From Malacoraja senta (taxonomy: Eukaryota), in contig CM075992.1 of NCBI GenBank assembly GCA_038087875.1, forward strand, positions 2,482,001-2,546,000: a DNA stretch of 64,000 bases. The letters are read 5' to 3'. The notes under the pieces were generated by a model. That model worked only from the letters and a program-made list of their open reading frames with translations. It had not been told where the DNA came from and did no database searches. Every line of letters starts with the position of its first letter. The first letter of the stretch is position 1. The position numbers and the translations under genes are program-made. Positions 1 to 11,880 of the stretch are shown here, piece by piece.

Positions 1-116
1 CAAAGAATGGCTCAATTGTAATCATGTATTGTCTTTCTGCTGACTGGATAACATGCAACAAAAGCTTTTCACTGTACCTCCATATATGTGACAATAATAA
101 TAATAAACTAAACTAA
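1..116 (+). repeat. 3' end of a dispersed retroposon (LINE 3'UTR-like) with (ACTAA)n tail
   Basis: The motif 'tgtaatcatgtattgtcttt..gctgactgg..aaaagcttttcactgtacctc..gtgacaataa..actaaactaa' recurs at ~11700-11880, 14705-14889, 19570-19690(-), 20320-20450(-), 56590-56815 and 61510-61600(-). Confidence 0.75.
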
Positions 117-1204
117 GTTGGACTTTGACCATGGAGGCAAGAAACAGACCAGGACTCAAGGCAGGAGCATTAAAATTAACAGGCACATTCGAGTGGTTGC
201 TAACACAGATGTAAAGGAAACTGATAACTTTCAGCTATTCAAATAAGTACTTCCTGAAAAATGTAACTCCAGCTTAATTCCAAAACAAACTAAGATATCA
301 ACATATCTGTCATTTGGCTCAATTACTTGAATAAACATAGAATCCAGCGGCGGAGCACAATCAGGCCGTTTTGCATTACGCCAGGGAATTTCTCCCTCTG
401 ATCATAAACTGATCTGATGTCGTGTAGGACCTGGTTCCTAATTGATCTGATCCTGAAGATTAAGATGGTGAAAACTAAAATTTGTTAATTTATATTTTTA
501 CTTAATTTAATATGTTTAGATATTTATTCGTGTTTAAATGCAATTTAGCTTTTTAGCAATTTTAGCTCAGTTTAAATTTCTAAGTTTCTAGAGACAATTT
601 GAATAATTTTGGAAAATGCATGTATATTGTAGACTTTTCACTCTTACAAAAATCTCACAGATTATGCCAGGATTCGAGCCTAGACATGCCTTCTGTCAAA
701 GTTAACCAAATATTCAGGAGGGTGGGGCCTAATGGGAAGCTGCCTGAGGCCCAGTTATGACTGAGGCCTCACTAATACTTCACCACCCAACTTTAGGGTC
801 AGAAGGTCAAGAACGTAACGATAAACACAACTATAAAATGATATTTTGGGAATGGGAACAGGACACAGGTTGAGTCCTGGCAGAGCCAAGATAACAATAA
901 AATCTTTTTTTAAGATATATTGCAATTCTGCTTGTTTGAATTAACAGTGCACAGACTAACAGTAAAAACACTGATCAATACTGAGCATGTACTTGAAAAA
1001 ACACTGCTGAATTTGCAAGTCTTCCCACTTGGAATTTTGTAATTGTGGTATATGTATCTTACCGAGAATATAGACTAACGCTAACTGTTTTTCCTTTTCT
1101 AAGCAGAGGATCAAGAAACTATAGAACATTAATGACACTCGGCCCAGCATATCCACGTTGATAAAAAATACATTTTCAAGTTGACTGTTGTTCTTTATTA
1201 TATT

Positions 1205-1925
1205 AATAATTTAGATGTGAATGCTGATGGCTTGGTTAGTAAAATTGATAAATAGTTAGTGAGTTTGCAAATGATAGTAAAGTAGCAACATAAGTAGACA
1301 GGGTGATAAGAAGGCATTTGACATGCTAGCCTGCATTGGTCATGACATTGGATACAGGAGTCGGGAGGTCATGTTACAGTTGTACAAGATGATGATAAAG
1401 CCACATTTGGACTACGATGTACAATTCTGGTCTCCCTGCTATAGGAAGGATGGCATTAAACTGGAAAGGGGCCTAAAGAGATTTCTGAGGATGTTACTGA
1501 GTCTGGAAGGTTTAAGTTGTAAGGAGAGGCTGTGTAGGTTGAGTTTTTTCTCACTAAGGTGCAGGAAGCTGAGGAATGCACTTATAGAGTGATATAAAAT
1601 CATGAGGGGCATAGATAAGGTGAATAAACACAATCAATTTTCCGAGGGTAGGGAAGTCTAAAATGAGAGGGCATAGGTTTAAGGGAACAGGGGAAAGATT
1701 GAAAAGGTACCTGAGGGGCAACTTTTTCCACACACAAGGTGGTACGTATATGGAGTTACCAGTCAGAGGAAGTGGTAGAAGTGGGTAAAATTATGACATT
1801 TAAAATACACTTGAACCGATACATGGATAGGAAAGGTTTGAGGTATATAGGCCAAGTTCACTTGGACAGTATGGACATAATGGGCCGAAGAACCTGTTTT
1901 CCCCCAGGCTGTATGACTGTGACGG
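1205..1925 (+). mobile_element. Degraded CR1-clade LINE 3' fragment (RT C-terminus + 3'UTR)
   Basis: ORF 1323-1592 (YRSREVMLQLYK..KPHLDYDVQFWSP..RKD..KLER) is homologous to the CR1 RT at 8831-9790; stops and frameshifts present. Confidence 0.85.
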
Positions 1926-2293
1926 TTATGATAACGATTACATCAAACGGAAATTCTGGAACTGAACTAACAAACAAACAGTCAATGAATGGATTTATTC
2001 TACACAGTTTCAGAGAAAACTCAACAAGAATTCACTCGTCCATTCACCAGATAGGAAATGCCACAGAGTATGAAGCATAGAATGACGTGGTATAGGAGGC
2101 TACTTCTCCTGCTTGTGCCTGAGTTTCCCACAGCTCTGTAAAACAAAATCTCCTTTAAGGGACATGGGGACTAGAGTTAGTTATGCAAATAAGTAGGGTC
2201 TTTGCAGGTTACTCTGGAGTCCATACTTAAAGCTGGTGGGAAGACATATATTTAATTGAGATTAAGCTAGATTAATTGTGACGACAAATTAAT

Positions 2294-2341
2294 TAATTGA
2301 TTCGTTAAAGTGAAATTAATTCCACTTTAACGAATCAATTA
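2294..2341. repeat. 48-bp near-perfect loopless palindrome
   Basis: taattgattcgttaaagtgaaatt|aattccactttaacgaatcaatta; one mismatch between the arms. Confidence 0.9.
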
Positions 2342-2404
2342 TAAAGTTATAGTTCCCCTTTAATACTATATGCATATGCCAGTTCTATGGCTATGTTCAT
2401 TGTG

Positions 2405-2547
2405 TCAGGTGTCAGGGGTTATGGGGAGAAGGCAGGAGAATGGGGTTAGGAGGGAGAGATAGATCAGCCATGATTGAATGGTGGAGTAGACTTGATGGGC
2501 CTTATGGCCTAATTCTACTCCTATCACTTATGACCTTATGACCTTAT
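2405..2547 (+). mobile_element. CR1 LINE 3'UTR fragment with short tandem tail
   Basis: 'ggggagaaggcaggagaatggggtt..gatagatcagccatgattgaatgg..gacttgatgggc..' with a (ttatgacc)n tail; the same sequence follows CR1 RT remnants at ~22790, 35850(-) and 63160(-). Confidence 0.8.
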
Positions 2548-2876
2548 GGCATTGCATTCTAAACCTAGAAATGTATGCACTCTTGCATCAAACTTCTGTG
2601 TAGTACTTTGTTTTTAACACATGATCCTGACATGCAAGGTTATAGTTCCATTCTTATTTAATGTTAGCTACACATGTGGTAAGATCTGTCTTTTAGATAT
2701 ATTTTAGATATATTACACCACTTTAGAGGCCCATAAATTATATAAAACAAAGGATTTTGAAAAATAGAATGACACAGTATAGGAGTCTATTCAGCTGATT
2801 GAACCTGTGCGGGCATTCTTCGCTTGTCAATAAATAATGTTTCCCCCCCACAGCTCCCTACAACGACATCTCCTTC

Positions 2877-3079
2877 GACTGAGATAAGCACAAAGTGCTG
2901 GAGTAACTCATCGTGTCAGGCAACATCTCTGGAGAAATGGAATAGGTGACGTTTCGGGTCGAGACCCTTCTTCCGGCCCACCTACTCCTTTTCTCCAGAG
3001 ATGCTGCCTGATCCGCTGAGTTACTCCAGCACTTCATGTCTATCTTCGGAGTAAACCAGCATCTGCAGATCCTTCCTAC
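2877..3079. mobile_element. Penelope-like element terminal repeat in inverted (hairpin) arrangement, with TSD
   Basis: Arm 'cacaaagtgctggagtaactca..catctctggagaa' faces its reverse complement; ACATCTCCTTC is duplicated at 2866-2876 and 3080-3090. Confidence 0.75.
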
Positions 3080-3518
3080 ACATCTCCTTCAAATCACTAC
3101 AGAATCAGCTTGCACATTCCATTCCTGATCACAACAGAGTGTTCAATAAAAATATACTTCCTCATCTGTTCTGGTTGTTTTGAATTTTTTCTCAGTTAGG
3201 TATCTTTGAATTACTAATGTATAACTGGAATTATTTATTTTTGCTTATCCCTTCAAATCAATCCAGAATTTTCCTGGATTAGCCATCCTCTATCATATGT
3301 CCTTATTTTTTTCTGATGCAAGGAATATAACCTGTTTTTCCTTCTCTCCGTATAATTCGTTAAAAAAAGTACCTCACCCCTGAAATTATTAATAAATATA
3401 TTGTACAGCTTCAACAAGGCCTGACCTCCTTCCTAAGGCACCATATCCCCAGAACTGAACACCATATTCCACCTATGGCCTAACCAGTGCTTTATACTAG
3501 TGTAAGTATGAAGAGAAA

Positions 3519-3716
3519 CAGACACAAAAAGCTGGAGTAACTCAGCAGGTCAGACTGCATCTCTGGAGAAAAGGAATAGGTGACGTTTCGGTTCGAGACC
3601 CTTCTTCAGAATCTGAACTCGACCCGAAATGTCACCTATTCCTTTTCTCCAGAGATGCTGTCTGACACCCGCTGAGTTGCTCCAGCTTCTTGTGTCTATC
3701 TTCAGTTTAAACCAGC
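3519..3716. mobile_element. Penelope-like terminal repeat, inverted pair
   Basis: agacacaaaaagctggagtaactcagc... faces ...gctgagttgctccagcttcttgtgtct; followed by an HE1-like SINE 5' fragment on - (~3717-3785). Confidence 0.75.
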
Positions 3717-4157
3717 CAAGCATCCGTAGTCAGGATCGAACACGGAACTCTGGCGTTGTAAGGCAGCAGCCACTGTGCCGCCCATGTATTGGGTAATTGA
3801 TGGTGTGCATTGTTTTGAACATACTTATCAACTTCTCACTATGTAAGCACCATGATGAATGTAACCTAATAAATGACTTACATTGACAATGATATATTGC
3901 TTAATGGTAGAAACTGAACTGTTAGCAGGATATTACCTCTAATTATTTTAATTTAAGAAATGCATCCTTTCAATCAATCATCATGCATTCCTCTTCTTGC
4001 AGCCTGCACCACTCTGCACAGCTGCAATAACAACATCAGGCTCTTTCCCAGGACCCCATGATCTATATTGTCGAATTGTTGTGTGACATTTGTATTGTGA
4101 AATAAATCAACAGAAAATTTAACACTATGAGGATTATTCCGGACTGGCTAACTTGAA

Positions 4158-7100
4158 TGAATGAATGAATGAATACTTTATTGTCATTATAACATGTAAA
4201 CATGTACAACGAAATTAGAAATGCCAACCAGTCAGTGCACAATTCACACATTTTCTAAAAGCAAAAGTCTAAGATAAACAACTAAAATAAATAACATGAA
4301 AAAAAAACACATTCTTCTGTCGATTTCACAGTCCCTTTGGAGTGTAGCACACCTGTACTCATTTGGTGGCTACATTAAGTGTATTTATTGCTGTGGGATA
4401 AAAACTGTTTTTGAGTCTGTTTGTCCTTGTCCTCATTGATCTGTACCGTCTGCCTGACGGCAGCAGTTCAAACAGGGAGTGACCGGGGTGGAAAATGTCC
4501 TTTATGATCTTCTGGGATTTTTTGAGACAGTGGGAACTGTGTAGGTCCTCCAAGGTGAGGAGAGGGCAGCCGATAATCTTCTGGGCGTTGTCAATAGCCC
4601 TCTGGAGCGCTTTCCTCTTAGTCGCTGTGCAGCTGGTGTACCACACGCATACACAGTATGTTAAGATGCTCTCTATTGAGGATAGCAGCAGTCTCTGGGT
4701 GATGTTGTTCTTCCTGAGCACCCTCAGGAAGTACAGTCTCTGCTGGACCTTTTTCAGCAGCGCAGAGGTGTTCACGCTCCATGTCAGGTCCTCCTCAATG
4801 TGGATTCCCAGGAAGCGGAAATCCGCCACGCTCTCCACACAGTCCCCATCGATGATTAGTGGTGTAATGTCCGTTTTCTTCTTTCTGTAGTCTATTATGA
4901 GCTCCTTGGTCTTTGAGGTGTTGAGGAGCAGGTTATTTTCTCCACACCACCCTGTCAGCTGCTCCACCTCATCCCTGTAGGCGTACTCATCCCCCCCAGA
5001 GATGAGCCCCACCACCGTGGTGTCATCTGCGAATTTGACAATGGTGTTACTGTGGTGGGCGGGGGTGCAGTCATATGTGTAGATGGTGTAAAGCAGGGGG
5101 CTCAGCACGCAGCCCTGTGGAGAGACGGTATTGAGGCTGAGGGCCGTAGATGTGTGATGGCCCACTCTGACTCTCTGACTGTGACCCGACAGGAAGCTCT
5201 TTATCCACATGCAGGTGGAGTGTGGAAGTCCCAGGTCCCCCAGTTTGTCCACCAGTTTGTGGGGAAGGATGGTGTTAAAAGCAGAGCTGTTGTCCACAAA
5301 GAGCATCCGCACGTAGCTCCCCCGCTGCTCCAGATGTGACAGTGCAGCATGGAGGGCTGTGGCTACAGCATCCTCTGTGGATCTATTCGCTCTATACGCA
5401 AACTGGTGGGGGTCAAAGCTTCGGGGCAGGAGTGATGTGATGTGACCCCGGACCAGTTTTTCAAAGCACTTCATCACCACTGGTGTGAGTGCGACTGGCC
5501 GGTAGTCGTTGAGACTGGAAATGTGGGTTTTTTGGGGCAAGGGGACTATGTTGGAGGACTTCAGACAGGATGGGACAGTGGACTGGGCCAGAGACTGGTT
5601 GAAAATCCTCGTAAAGACTCCAGCCAGCTGGTCTGCGCAGTCCTTCAGCACGCGTCCAGAAACGCCGTCGGGTCCAGCAGCCTTCCTCGGATTGATGGCC
5701 CGCAGCGTGCGCCTCACCTCATGCTCCTCTATTTTGAGGGATAAGCTGCTGTGGACCATGTGGTGTGATATGGCTGTCTCTGGTGGCTCCACTTCAAAGC
5801 GAGCAAAGAAGAGGTTCAGCTCCTCTGCCAGCGAGGCGTCACCTTCAGCAGCTCCAAGGTTGGTCTTGTAGTTGGTGAGATACTGGATCCCCTGCCACAC
5901 CTGCCTGCTGTTGTTACTGTCCAGGTGGTCCTCTATCCTCCTTCTGTAGTCTGATTTGGCCTCTCTGATGCCTCTCTTCAGGTTAGCTCGGGCCGTGCTG
6001 TATAAAGCCCTATCGCCAGACCTAAAAGCGGTGTTTCTCTCTTTTAACAGCCGCTGGACCTCCCTGGTCATCCAGGGCTTCTGGTTGGGGTAGACCTGGA
6101 TGCGTTTGTCCACTGTGACAGTGTCCATGCAGTTTTTAATGTAACATAGTACACTGTCTGTGAACACCTCCAGGTCCTGGTGTTCAAACACATCCCAGTT
6201 GGTCCTGTCGAAGCAGTCCTGCAGCTGCTGAGAGGCGCCATCAGGCCAAGTTGTGATGGTCTTTGTGATGGTAGGAGCAGTTTTCCTGAGGGGGGCATAT
6301 GCAGGAATTAAAAGCAGGGACATATGGTCAGACTGGCCCAGGTGTGGTAGTGGTCTAGCCCTGTAGCCCAACTTGATGTTGGAGTAGACCTTGTCCAATG
6401 TGTTAGCTCCTCTTGTAGCACATTTAACATGCTGATAGAATTTGGGTAGCATTCCCTTCAAGTCCGTGTGATTAAAGTCCCCTGCTATGATGTGAACAGC
6501 GTCAGGATATGTGCTCTGATGGCTGCTAGTGCTACCATACAATTGTCCGATAGCCGAGTTCGCATTAGCATCCGGTGGTATGTATACCACAGTTATCATG
6601 ACGACAGTAAACTCTCTAGGGAGATAAATGGGCCTGCATTTAACAGTCACATACTCCAGGTCCTGGGAGCAGTGACTGTCTACAATCACTGTGTTAGTAC
6701 ACCAGTTGTTGTTCACGTACACACAGAGCCCTCCTCCTCTGGTCTTACCAGAGTCTCTTGTCCTGTCATGACGCTGTGCGGTGTAGCCTGTTAGCTCGAT
6801 AGCAGAGTCCGGAATGAATGAATGAAGCCAGGTCTCTGTGATCAACAGAATGCAGCTGTCCTTCACGGCGTTGTTAGCTGCAGTTTGTAGCCTCAGTTCA
6901 TCCATCTTGTTAGCGAGGGATCTGGCGTTCGTGAGAAACAGGCTGGGAAGCGGTGGTTTGAGTGGCTGCCTCCATAGCCTGGCTAGCGCGCCGGCCCTGC
7001 AGCCTCGCTTTTTCCTTCTCTCTCTGCGCCGCCTTCGCCTCCTCCCCGCTGGGATGGTAATCCACGGAGAGCCGGGGCTCCTCGCTATGTCCACCGGGAT

Positions 7101-7286
7101 CTTATGTAAACGGACAAACTCGGCTGTCACACTCCGCTCGCGACCAGCTCCAATCCTAAGGAGATCATGCTTGCTATAGACGTTGTTCGCCCGACAGTAA
7201 GTATACAGGACAACATGTGCGAACACAAAAAACACAAAGCACCGACCGGGAGAACATTGAGCCGCTGCAACTGTGTGCGCCGCCAT
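4158..7286 (-). mobile_element. Near full-length Rex1/Babar-clade non-LTR retrotransposon
   Basis: Single APE+RT ORF, 3'UTR with AATAAA and (TTCA)n tail, and TSD (T)AACTTGAA at 4149-4157 and 7286-7294; visibly more GC-rich than its flanks. Confidence 0.92.
4359..7286 (-). CDS. Rex1-type polyprotein: AP endonuclease + reverse transcriptase (975 aa)
   Basis: APE motifs TNARSL, ITETWL, GGGLCVYV, VYIPP, AGDFN, TLD, SDH; RT motifs [42 protein letters not shown]; Rex1-type C-terminus LLPSGRRYRS..RLKNSFYP. Confidence 0.93.
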   Translation of the reverse strand: MAAHTVAAAQCSPGRCFVFFVFAHVVLYTYCRANNVYSKHDLLRIGAGRERSVTAEFVRLHKIPVDIARSPGSPWITIPAGRRRRRRRERRKKRGCRAGALARLWRQPLKPPLPSLFLTNARSLANKMDELRLQTAANNAVKDSCILLITETWLHSFIPDSAIELTGYTAQRHDRTRDSGKTRGGGLCVYVNNNWCTNTVIVDSHCSQDLEYVTVKCRPIYLPREFTVVMITVVYIPPDANANSAIGQLYGSTSSHQSTYPDAVHIIAGDFNHTDLKGMLPKFYQHVKCATRGANTLDKVYSNIKLGYRARPLPHLGQSDHMSLLLIPAYAPLRKTAPTITKTITTWPDGASQQLQDCFDRTNWDVFEHQDLEVFTDSVLCYIKNCMDTVTVDKRIQVYPNQKPWMTREVQRLLKERNTAFRSGDRALYSTARANLKRGIREAKSDYRRRIEDHLDSNNSRQVWQGIQYLTNYKTNLGAAEGDASLAEELNLFFARFEVEPPETAISHHMVHSSLSLKIEEHEVRRTLRAINPRKAAGPDGVSGRVLKDCADQLAGVFTRIFNQSLAQSTVPSCLKSSNIVPLPQKTHISSLNDYRPVALTPVVMKCFEKLVRGHITSLLPRSFDPHQFAYRANRSTEDAVATALHAALSHLEQRGSYVRMLFVDNSSAFNTILPHKLVDKLGDLGLPHSTCMWIKSFLSGHSQRVRVGHHTSTALSLNTVSPQGCVLSPLLYTIYTYDCTPAHHSNTIVKFADDTTVVGLISGGDEYAYRDEVEQLTGWCGENNLLLNTSKTKELIIDYRKKKTDITPLIIDGDCVESVADFRFLGIHIEEDLTWSVNTSALLKKVQQRLYFLRVLRKNNITQRLLLSSIESILTYCVCVWYTSCTATKRKALQRAIDNAQKIIGCPLLTLEDLHSSHCLKKSQKIIKDIFHPGHSLFELLPSGRRYRSMRTRTNRLKNSFYPTAINTLNVATK

Positions 7287-8730
7287 AACTTGAACTTCTA
7301 ATAAGTATTAAAGATTCTGCAAACTTTTATACATTTCTCCATCTGCTTTCCATAATAGCTTGGCAAGTTTCCACCTTTAGCCAACTTGTTCTTCAGAAAG
7401 TAGACTAAAATGCTGGAGAAACTCAGCGGGTGAGGCAGCATCTATGGAGCGAAGGAATAGGTGATGTTTCAGGTCGAGACCCTTCTGGTTTTAGGGACCT
7501 TTGCTGATCAAGCATGGCTATGAAAGTTCAAACGTAACAGGTAATAAGGGGCTGTGCAATCAATTGCTGATAAATTATTTAAAATAAATTTCTGTATTAG
7601 CTCAGAATAGCATTCCCGTCCCATTAGCTAAGAGATTCATGATTTCAGCCATGTTGCAGAGACTTGACCATCCAATGTAGGCTGACATTTTAAAGCAATA
7701 TTGAGAAATGTTAGTTCATTAAAATGAGACTGCAACTATCCTCTCGATGGGCATAAATATACCATACCATTGGTCTACATTCAAAATGCCAGTCCAAGCT
7801 CAACATTTCAAAATACATCATCAGAAGAAATGATCTCAGATATTTGGTTCATTGCTGTTTTTTTGTTGTATCTTGCAATACACTGCTCCTGTACAATTCA
7901 ATAGCCCAAACACCATGAAGCACTTTGAGACATCCTATGGTTTTCGAAGATGATATATTCATGCAAGTTATTTTCATCATTTTACAGCACTAACTGATTA
8001 ATTTGCAATATGAACCAAAACATTGCAGTCGCCATTTTATTAAGCACATAGCTTGAGCAGTGAAAGCAATCTGTTTGGGATTGCAAGACATACTATTATT
8101 ACCACCAAACAATTAACATAGAAAATAGGTGCAGGAGGAGGCCATTTGGCCCTTCGAGCCTGCACCACATTCATATAGCATTCAATAGCATTCATTCTGT
8201 CTTCAGTATGAAGCAGGTGTGATTTAGGCAAGTCCGCACAAGATATGAACTTTACTGTAATTTGAAAAAAATAATGAAAGAGTGCATAGTCTGTAAGTAC
8301 ACAGTGAATTGATAATTCCCTTTCAAAGTATACTGGCATGCCAGCCTTTGCAACCTAAGAATATAATTTCATTGAAATGTTATATGTTGGTCCATGAATC
8401 TAAATTGGGGAAGTTAGATTGGTTTTTACTTGTTTTCTCCTTTAACCCTAAACTCCAAAGCAATCCAACAAATTATTCACAGTGGATAAAAGATTTGATT
8501 CTAGACAATAGAAATTAAAATGAAGAAGTTAGAAACAAGAAGAAATTCAGGGTAAATATACTCACAACCAATAGTTTTGTTGGCATAATACTTCAATATG
8601 TACACATTATACATGTTCAGTGCACTGATACATCAGGACAAATTCAAGTTGCTATATTAGCATTTCACACTCATTCTGAATTCATTTTGCATTATCTTTC
8701 AAAAATTGTGATTTTCATTTTACCAATTAA

Positions 8731-9804
8731 CCATATAACCAAAACAGCACGGAAACAGGCCATCTTGGCCCTTAAGTCCGTGCCGAACATTTTTTAAATT
8801 TTTTTAAAAATTAAAAATAAATACTTCCCCCTAGTCCCATCTACCTGCACTCAGACCATAACCCTCCATTCCTTTCCCGTCCATATACCCATCCAATCTA
8901 TTTTTAAAGGATAACATCGAACCTGCCTCCACCACTTCCACTGGAAGCTCATTCCACACAGCTACCACTCTCTGAGTAAAGAAGTTCCCCCTAATGTTCC
9001 CCCTAAACTTCTGTCCCTTAATTCTCAAGTCATGTCCCCTTGTTTGAATCTTCCCTACTCTCAATGGGAAAAGCTTATCCACGTCCACTCTGTCTAACCC
9101 GCTCATAATTTTAAAGACCTCTATCAAGTCCCCTCTTAACCTTCTGCGCTCCAAAGAATAAAGACCTAACTTGTTCAACCTTTCTCTGTAACTTAGTTGC
9201 TGAAACCCAGGCAACGTTCTAGTAAATCTCCTCTGTACTCTCTCTATTTTGTTGACATCCTTCCTATAATTAGGCGACCAAAATTGTACTCCATACTCCA
9301 GAATTGGCCTCACCAATGCCTTGTACAATTTTAACATTACATCCCAACTTCTATATTCAATGCTCTGATTTATAAAGGCCAGCACACCAAAAGCTTTCTT
9401 TACCACCCTATCTACATGAGATTCCACCTTCAGGGAACTATGCACAGTTATTCCTAGATCCCTCTGTTCAACTGCATTCCTCAATTCGCTACCATTTACC
9501 GTGTACGTCCTATTTTGATTTGTCCTGCCGAGATGTAGCACCTCACATTTGTCAGCATTAAACTCCATCTGCCATCTTTCAGCCCACTCTTCCAAATGGC
9601 CTAAATCTCTCTGTAGACTTTGAAAATCTACTTCATTATCCACAACACCACCTATCTTAGTATCATCTGCATACTTACTAATCCAATTTTCCACACCATC
9701 ATCCAGATCATTGATGTACATGACAAACAACAGTGGACCCAACACAGACCCCTGAGGCACCCCACTAGTCACCGGCCTCCAACCTGACAAACCTGACAAC
9801 CTGA
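8731..9804 (-). mobile_element. 5'-truncated young CR1 LINE (open RT C-terminal half)
   Basis: W.PVTSGVPQGSVLGP, YADD, W.MEFN..KC, DLG, QFWSP, LE.RRLRGDLI with an open frame to the stop at 8831; TSD CAATTAA at 8724-8730 and 9805-9811. The ORF start upstream of ~9800 is flanking DNA. Confidence 0.92.
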
Positions 9805-11009
9805 CAATTAATCTTGCAAGTTTCATTGTTTTTCCCCTGCCCTTTACTATCCTCAGCCAAGAGAACATACAATATAGATGGACCACAAGTTGAATTCGCA
9901 ACTGAGTCTAAAATATCACATCAGCAGCAAAGTATAAGGAAATTCAATATTCATTTCATTTACAAAAGAAGATTTTTCGGTCAATGGTTATTTTTCACTC
10001 TTATCACAAAATTTCAGTTGCTGACAAGCCCAGAAATCAAAGTTGAAGTGTTCCCACACTAGCAGTGCTGTTTTCTTACCACTACAAATGCTTAAGAGAT
10101 GCAGTCACTTCCTGACTGTGCTCCATTGCTGCAGCCAAATGCTCACACTGGACTAGGCGATGCCACCCACAAAAATAGGCAAGGTTTAGAACTCACTATG
10201 AGGGATGATCAGTTTATATGTTAGCATATTGAACAGTACCAGGACCTGTCAATTAATATATTACTAATTAATCAGATTACTTTCCGTCAAAATCTTCTCG
10301 CAATCTGAATAAAACATTAAGGTGTCATTCTAATTCACCGGCCGCTCAAAGAAGAACAAATTGAAATAGACTAATGGAGTTTCATTCTAAATTGATTTGT
10401 ATTAACAATAAGACCATATGTTATGTGCCAGTCTCTGCAGGGTCAGCGCCATTGTTCTGTATTAATTGTAGAACAACACTATTCATAAATGTTTTCTGTA
10501 TAAATTATAGAAATTACTTGAGGCTTCAAGAATACACGCATATAATATTAGCTCCACTGTAAAATATATATTTCCGTTAATATATTTGCTTTAGGTTCAC
10601 TAAGAAAGATCTGATTAGATTGTGTCCAACATTTTAGATAAATGGCAACACAAAATTCAACGAAATATTTTAATAATGTTACTGTTTGAAAAAATGACCA
10701 GATTTTTGGTATAGAGACATATTGATAGGGTGGTTTATTGATAGAATATTTTCCTATATTGGAATTCTGTTTAAAATGAATGAAAAAATATTTCTCTTCA
10801 TAAAATCAAACACTCTTTGTTATTACTCTGTTCATTTATAAATAGAAGCATTGAGAATATGCAGAGGCTTTTAAAAAATGCTAAAATCTGATAGGGTAAA
10901 AAATTTGGTGAAAGACAAGTAAACACAGGTAGGAAGTCAGAAAAATCAAAGGAACTGTGAAATGTAAGCTTGTAGTCAGTTACTTGCAATGGAGATACGC
11001 TGCAATAGA

Positions 11010-11638
11010 ACCCCCCGCTGCTGAAAGACTCATCCATGCCTTCATCTCCTCCCGACTGGACTACTGTAACTCTCTTCTTTTCGGAATCAATTCCAGCAGC
11101 ATCAAACGACTCCAACTGGTCCAAAATGCAGCCGCTCGACTCATTACCCACACCAAATCCTGGCACCACATCACCCCAGTTCTCAAAGAACTTCACTGGC
11201 TTCCCATTTCCCACCGGATCACCTACAAAATCCTGGTCCTCACCTACAAAGCCCTCAACAACCTGGCCCCCCCTTATCTCATTGACCTCCTCTCCCCCTA
11301 CCAACCCTCACGGTCCCTCAGATCCACATCAGCTGGTCTCCTCTCCACTCCGAAATCAAACCTCTGCACTTTTGGAGGCAGAGCCTTCTCCAGGGCAGCT
11401 CCCAGGCTCTGGAATTCCCTCCCACAACCGGTCCAAAATTCTGAGTCCCTCACCATCTTCCAGTCCCGCCTCAAGACCCATCTCTTCACCTCTGCATACC
11501 CTTAGTCTCATGTTCCCCTCCCCTCTGTCTTACTGCTCTATTTTGTTTTGTTTATTCCTGACTCTCAATTGTAAAGCGACTTTGAGTCCTGAAAAGCGCT
11601 ATATAAATAAAATCTATTATTATTATTATTATTATTAT
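11010..11638 (+). mobile_element. 5'-truncated L2-clade LINE
   Basis: LIHAFISSRLDYCNSLL, LQLVQNAAAR, HITPVLKELHWLP, RAFS.AAP.LWNSLP, F.SRLKTHLF are typical L2 C-terminal motifs; AATAAA and an (ATT)n tail end at ~11638. Confidence 0.92.
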
Positions 11639-11880
11639 CCTGTCAACAACTAGAGAGCAGTTCTGAGCTACTATCTACCTCACTGGAGACCCTCAGATTA
11701 TCTTTAATTGGACTTCACTTGACGTTATCTTGCGCTGAACGCTATTCCCTTTATCATGTATCTCTACACTGTGGATGGCTCAATTGTAATCATGTATAGT
11801 CTTTCCGTTGACTGGTTAGCATGCACAAAAGCTTTTCACTGCATCTCAGTACATGTGACAATAAACTAAACTAATCTAAA
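11639..11880 (+). repeat. Dispersed retroposon 3' end with (ACTAA)n tail
   Basis: Same family as 1-116 and 56590-56815. Confidence 0.75.

Noticed and set aside
4495..7179. Several + strand ORFs of 95-131 aa
   Set aside because: Antisense shadows of the GC-rich Rex1 ORF.
8831..9901. 356-aa ORF as an intact or domesticated RT gene
   Set aside because: The N-terminal ~35 codons are flanking DNA; it is a 5'-truncated CR1 with TSD lacking the endonuclease and early RT motifs.
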